DNA from: Dehalococcoidia bacterium
GTDB taxonomy: Bacteria > Chloroflexota > Dehalococcoidia > Bin125
Assembly: GCA_965247775.1 (NCBI GenBank)
Contig: OZ252031.1
Coordinates: 552,125 to 616,124, forward strand
DNA: 64,000 nt
Direction: 5' to 3'
Shown: positions 60,061 through 64,000 of the stretch, piece by piece
How the letters are laid out: each line of letters opens with the position of its first letter
How positions within the stretch are numbered: the stretch's first letter is position 1
Made by a program: the position numbers and the translations under genes
The notes under the pieces: generated by a model
Seen by the model: the letters and a program-made list of their open reading frames with translations, nothing else
Databases searched by the model: none
Told to the model about the DNA's origin: nothing

Positions 60061-60750
60061 GCCCGACAGTCGCCGGCGCCGACACAGGCGGAGGAGCGAG
60101 CCGCACTCGCTCCTCCGCCCCGCCTCCAGGAACCGGCCCCCCCTCGCTTCGAAAGCCCGGCCAAAGCCCGAGCCCAACCGCAGCCACGCGCGGGCGCGAG
60201 GCGAGAGCGCAGCGCCACCGCTGGCAGCGCGTTTCGCCAGCGTGTGCCGCAGGTGGGTGCCAGGCACAGAGTCATCTGGTGTCGCGGGAGTCCGTGCGCG
60301 TGCGTCACTAGCGTGCATGGATGACGCGATCGCGATCAGCGAGCGGGCATCTGCGACGAGTGCTCGGCGAATGCGTCCGGCGCTACAACGAGATGCGGCC
60401 TAATTCGTTCGCTCGGACTTGATGCTGTGGGACATCTTCGGTCTAGAAGTCAAGCGGCGGCCCCCGGGATCAGGGGGCTGCCTCCGCGCGGAGTCACAGG
60501 GGACCCTGTCACCCAGCGTGGCGACGGGGCAGCTGAGGAGGCCGCGAGACCGCGGAGCGCCCGTTGGTGGGCGTGCCCGCGGGGGCGGAGCGGATCGGAG
60601 AAGGCCCGGCCGTGAGGATGGGAGATGACGCTCGCCCGCGCCCACTGGCGCACGGCGATGCGCAGCCGGTGATTGCCGCTCCGCCGCATCCCCCACCCGC
60701 CAGCTCTTGTCATTCCGCCGTGCAGCGCGCACGGGCGAGTCCTTCCTGGA

Positions 60751-62259
60751 TCACCCAGAAGCCCCCGCGCGCTCGAAGGCGGCGGCGGCACGGTAGATCG
60801 TCGCTTCGTCGAAATGCCGCCCCACGAGCATCAGGCCGATCGGCAGGCCCTCACGCTCGCCGCAGGGGATCGAGATCGCTGGGTGGCCCGTGACGTCGAA
60901 GGGCGCCGTGTTGGGGATCATCTCGAAGGCCCGCGCGATGATCTCCTCGCGCGACGCGTCGTCTGGCGGCAGCGGGGTCGCTTTGAGCGGCAGCGTGGGC
61001 ATGAGCAGGAGGTCGTGCTCCGCGAGGGCGGCATCGTAGGCGGCGCGTATCCGCCGGCGGACGTTCTGCGCTTTCGCATACGAGCGCCCACCGGACTGCC
61101 GGCTCATGAACTCCCCCACCAACATGGCGAGCTTGAGCGACTCCGAGAGTTCGTCGGCGCGATCACGCCAGCCGGCATGCGCCGCCATCAGACTGGTGAC
61201 GTAGAGCCCCTGCCAGTTGGTGCCGAAGCCGTTGCCCTTCATCATCAGGGCGGTCAGCCCCTCCAGGATGATCGGCGTCCAGACGGCCGACGCGAGCAGA
61301 TGTTCCGGGATCCCCACCTCCTCGACGCGAGCGCCCAGGCGGGCCAGCCCGTCGGCGCCCGCCCGCACGGCGGCGTCGACGTCGGGCTCGGAGTTATGGT
61401 GTCCGAAGCCCTGGCGCAGCACACCGATGCGCAGGCCTTCGACCCCTCGGCCGAGGGCGCGTGTGTAGCGCGCCGGGCGAACGTCCGGCTGGCGCGGGTC
61501 GAGGCCGTCGGGCCCGGCCACGACCTCCAAGAGCAGGGCGTTGTCGGCGACGGTGGCGGTCATCGGCCCTACGTGGTCCACGGTCACCTCGATCGGCATG
61601 ACGCCGCTGTAGGGCACCAGCCCGTGCGTGGGCTTCAGTCCCACGATGCCGCAGTAGGAGGCGGGAATGCGGATCGATCCGCCTTGGTCGCCGCCGATCG
61701 CCATGTCCACCTCCCCTGCCGCGACCAGCGCCGCGCTGCCCGAGGACGAGCCACCGGCGGAGTAGCCGCGGCGGCGCGGGTTGTGAACCGGCCCCGTGGA
61801 GTTCGTGTGGCTGCCGCCCGAGAGGCAGAAGTTCTCGCAGTGCGCCTTGCCCGCGATCTCGCCACCGGCGTCGAGGATGCGCGTAACGATGGTCGCGTCG
61901 ACGTCGGGCACGTAGCCCTCCAGGGTCGAGGCGCCGTTCATCATGGGCACTCCGGCGACGCAGACGTTGTCCTTGATCACGATGCGTTTGCCGGCTAGCT
62001 TGCCGCGCCGCGCACCACGAATCGCCGTCTGGACGTACCAGGCGTTGTAGGGATTCTCGTCGGCCGCGGGACGCCTGCCCGGGCTGCGGGGATAGCGCAC
62101 AGAGGGCAGCTCGTCGGGCACGGCGGCGAGCCGATCGTAGGTGCCGATCGTAGAGTCGATCAAGGCGAGGAAGGAGTCGACGTCGGCGTCGCTCAGGTGG
62201 AGGTGCAGGTCGCTCGCGACCTGACGAAGCTGGACCGGGGTGGGGCGGGGAACGGGCAT
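60751..62259 (-). CDS. Amidase (amidase-signature family)
   Basis: ATG 62259 lies 6 nt after GGAGG, within ORF 60751..62295. Carries GGSSSGSAALVAAG...GGDQGGSIRIPAS. Confidence 0.85.
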   Translation of the reverse strand: MPVPRPTPVQLRQVASDLHLHLSDADVDSFLALIDSTIGTYDRLAAVPDELPSVRYPRSPGRRPAADENPYNAWYVQTAIRGARRGKLAGKRIVIKDNVCVAGVPMMNGASTLEGYVPDVDATIVTRILDAGGEIAGKAHCENFCLSGGSHTNSTGPVHNPRRRGYSAGGSSSGSAALVAAGEVDMAIGGDQGGSIRIPASYCGIVGLKPTHGLVPYSGVMPIEVTVDHVGPMTATVADNALLLEVVAGPDGLDPRQPDVRPARYTRALGRGVEGLRIGVLRQGFGHHNSEPDVDAAVRAGADGLARLGARVEEVGIPEHLLASAVWTPIILEGLTALMMKGNGFGTNWQGLYVTSLMAAHAGWRDRADELSESLKLAMLVGEFMSRQSGGRSYAKAQNVRRRIRAAYDAALAEHDLLLMPTLPLKATPLPPDDASREEIIARAFEMIPNTAPFDVTGHPAISIPCGEREGLPIGLMLVGRHFDEATIYRAAAAFERAGASG

Positions 62260-62714
62260 GGCGACCTCCGGACCGGCCGCGCTAGGCCGCGGCACGACGC
62301 CGGCATGATACGGCGGCGTGACCGCTATGGATCAACTCGCCTGGCGCCAACGACCGTGCAGCTGTCGTGAGGTCCATGCGCGCTCGCGCGCGCGGCTCTC
62401 GGGCGCGCATTGCTGTACGAGAGGCCCAGCTCCACCTGGACTGCGCGATGCGTCGGCGGCGGGAGCACGGCCGCGGCTCCCCCAACGCCTCCTACGCCAG
62501 CTTCGGCGCGCAAGAGGACGCCTACCGTCTTGACGCGATCCTGCGGACTCCACCGGCGTGCATGCGAAAGCTCTGGCCTGCACCACGGATGTGCATGATC
62601 TGATCGAGATCGACGCCGGGGATCGCGCCCTACGCACCTTCTGACGCGCCGCTCCGCGCCATCCTCCTCGGGGTCGCGTCGGCCCTGCACTGCTGGCTGC
62701 GCCAGGCCGACAGC

Positions 62715-62935
62715 GATGAGGGCCAGCGAGAGGCCTGACCAGCGACGAGCGCGGGGAACGCCTACGCCGGGCCAGCCGCCAAGTCGAGACGGAGAACGAG
62801 ATCCTCAAGCGGGCGGCGGCGTTCTTCACGCGCGGGAACCTCCTCCCAACATGACCTTCCGCCTGGTCCAGGAACTCGCCGCCGACGGGGTCCGCGTCGC
62901 GGTGGCCTGCCCGCAAAGTTCTCCCAGGTGTGTCG
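62715..62935 (+). mobile_element. About 220-bp fragment spanning the orfA end / orfB start of another IS3-family element
   Basis: LTSDERGELRRLRRQVETENEILKRAAAFFTRGN, then MTFRLVQELAADGVRVAVAC in the next frame. Confidence 0.5.
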
Positions 62936-62941
62936 TGATGT

Positions 62942-64000
62942 CTAGCGGGGGGACCAGCTCGCGAACACACCGGGGCTGATGGCGCTTGGCGGACTGGATC
63001 CATCCACGCGCTGGATCCAGATGTTGCTGCTGCCGGCCGTGTCGCGCGCGGCGAAGACGATCTGGGTGCCGTCGGGCGACCAGGGTGTCAGCGTCTGGGC
63101 GTACTGATCGAAGAAGGGCAGGTAGTTGCGCACAAAGTCCGCTGTGGGGAGGAAAAACGCCAGCCCCTCACTCCGATTCCCGTCCCACACCCACCAGCGC
63201 AGCCCCACCTGCCCGGCCTGTTCGTCCAGCGCCAGGTACAGCAGCGATCCGCCACCGAGGCTCCAAAGGAAGGCGATCACCGGCCCGTTGGTGATCTGAT
63301 TCGATCGCCCTGAGGTCAGATCGAGAATCGCCAGTCCACTCGGACCTCCCTCTTGCGTTCCGCGCCTGGTGGCGGGAGATTGCGGGTCGTTGGCTTCGTC
63401 GCGGGGATCGATCGGGAACACCTGGTACGCGATGCGGTCGCCGGTGGCATTGAGACCGAATTCGATGAACCCAGCAAATTGGAGGAGTTCGCGCCGCCCC
63501 TCGCCGCGTTGCGCTGCGAGCACGAGACGTTGGCCGGTGGGTGCCCTGGTGGCGTACAGGATTCGGTCGCGATCGCGGTCCCATTGCGGTGCGCGGAACT
63601 CGCCGCCGCGCTCGGTCAGGGGTGCTGAGGTGCCGTCCACGGACACGTAAGTGAGCAGATCAGCGCCGACGCGGCTGGAGAGGCGCTCGCCGTCCGGGCC
63701 CCACGAAAAGTAGAAGGGTTGGCCGGCCGCCAGCGGGGTGGCGACGTCCCCTCCGATAACCCGATCGATGATCCCGAGTTCGACGCCGGCTGCCCCGGGA
63801 CCAAGATAGGCCACCCGAGACCCGGTGGGGTCCCAGTTGAGGAAGAACGCGGGGGCGCCTGTCACCGCCGATGTCCGCTCCGAGCCATCGATTGCGGCGG
63901 TGACGACGATGCTCGCTGCTACCTCAGTGGTCCCGTCAATCGCCACCCACGCGACGCGCTCCCCGTCGGGTGACCAGGTGGGTTGTCGGGCCAGCAAGAA
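62942..64000 (-). CDS. TolB-like PD40 beta-propeller protein; 5' end outside window
   Basis: The repeated WSPDG / W.P.G.R.A motifs are present (TWSPDGERVAWV, NWDPTGSRVAY, SWGPDGERL, PWSPDGTQIVF). The frame is open to the window edge. Confidence 0.7.
   Translation of the reverse strand, partial: FLLARQPTWSPDGERVAWVAIDGTTEVAASIVVTAAIDGSERTSAVTGAPAFFLNWDPTGSRVAYLGPGAAGVELGIIDRVIGGDVATPLAAGQPFYFSWGPDGERLSSRVGADLLTYVSVDGTSAPLTERGGEFRAPQWDRDRDRILYATRAPTGQRLVLAAQRGEGRRELLQFAGFIEFGLNATGDRIAYQVFPIDPRDEANDPQSPATRRGTQEGGPSGLAILDLTSGRSNQITNGPVIAFLWSLGGGSLLYLALDEQAGQVGLRWWVWDGNRSEGLAFFLPTADFVRNYLPFFDQYAQTLTPWSPDGTQIVFAARDTAGSSNIWIQRVDGSSPPSAISPGVFASWSPR

Noticed and set aside
60673-61998. 441-aa plus-strand ORF
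   Set aside because: It is antisense to the amidase gene, which has the GGSSSGS signature.

Overview
This is a high-GC bacterial chromosomal window; hand-counted 60-nt rows in backbone genes give roughly 70-75% G+C. It falls into three parts.

(1) 1-18.3 kb holds ordinary metabolic and transport genes. These are a tartrate/IPM-dehydrogenase-like tail, a GlcG-like protein, an enolase-superfamily enzyme, the LivG/LivF ATPases and an aldehyde:ferredoxin oxidoreductase. There are also several luciferase-like (LLM) oxidoreductases, a haloacid dehalogenase, a MoaD/ThiS-like protein, an MBL hydrolase, a hydratase, a cNMP-binding protein, and LysM and GtrA proteins.

(2) 18.3-56.7 kb is a mosaic anchored on tRNA-Lys(UUU) at 20759..20834. 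It contains four successive copies or remnants of the tRNA 3' half, each followed by a conserved spacer; three of them are followed by a tyrosine-integrase gene or remnant. It also carries about eight copies or fragments of an IS3-family element with TGACCTGCCCCC ends, and many pseudogenes. The largest unit carries a lower-GC (about 60%) defence cassette:
- a NucS-like PD-(D/E)xK gene;
- a 1073-aa unknown protein;
- a 1790-aa helicase+DUF1998 giant (DruE-like, or a fused DrmA-DrmB);
- a translationally coupled Cas4-like nuclease;
- tail-to-tail with these, an operon of Dcm methyltransferase, HhH-GPD glycosylase and SRA-like-HNH nuclease;
- a 539-aa protein with a C-terminal HEPN-like RNxxxH motif.

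(3) 56.7-64 kb holds MetE-like, DapA-like, amidase and TolB-like genes interspersed with further gene remnants.

No rRNA gene and no CRISPR array were seen. All family calls rest on motif recognition by eye, not on database searches.
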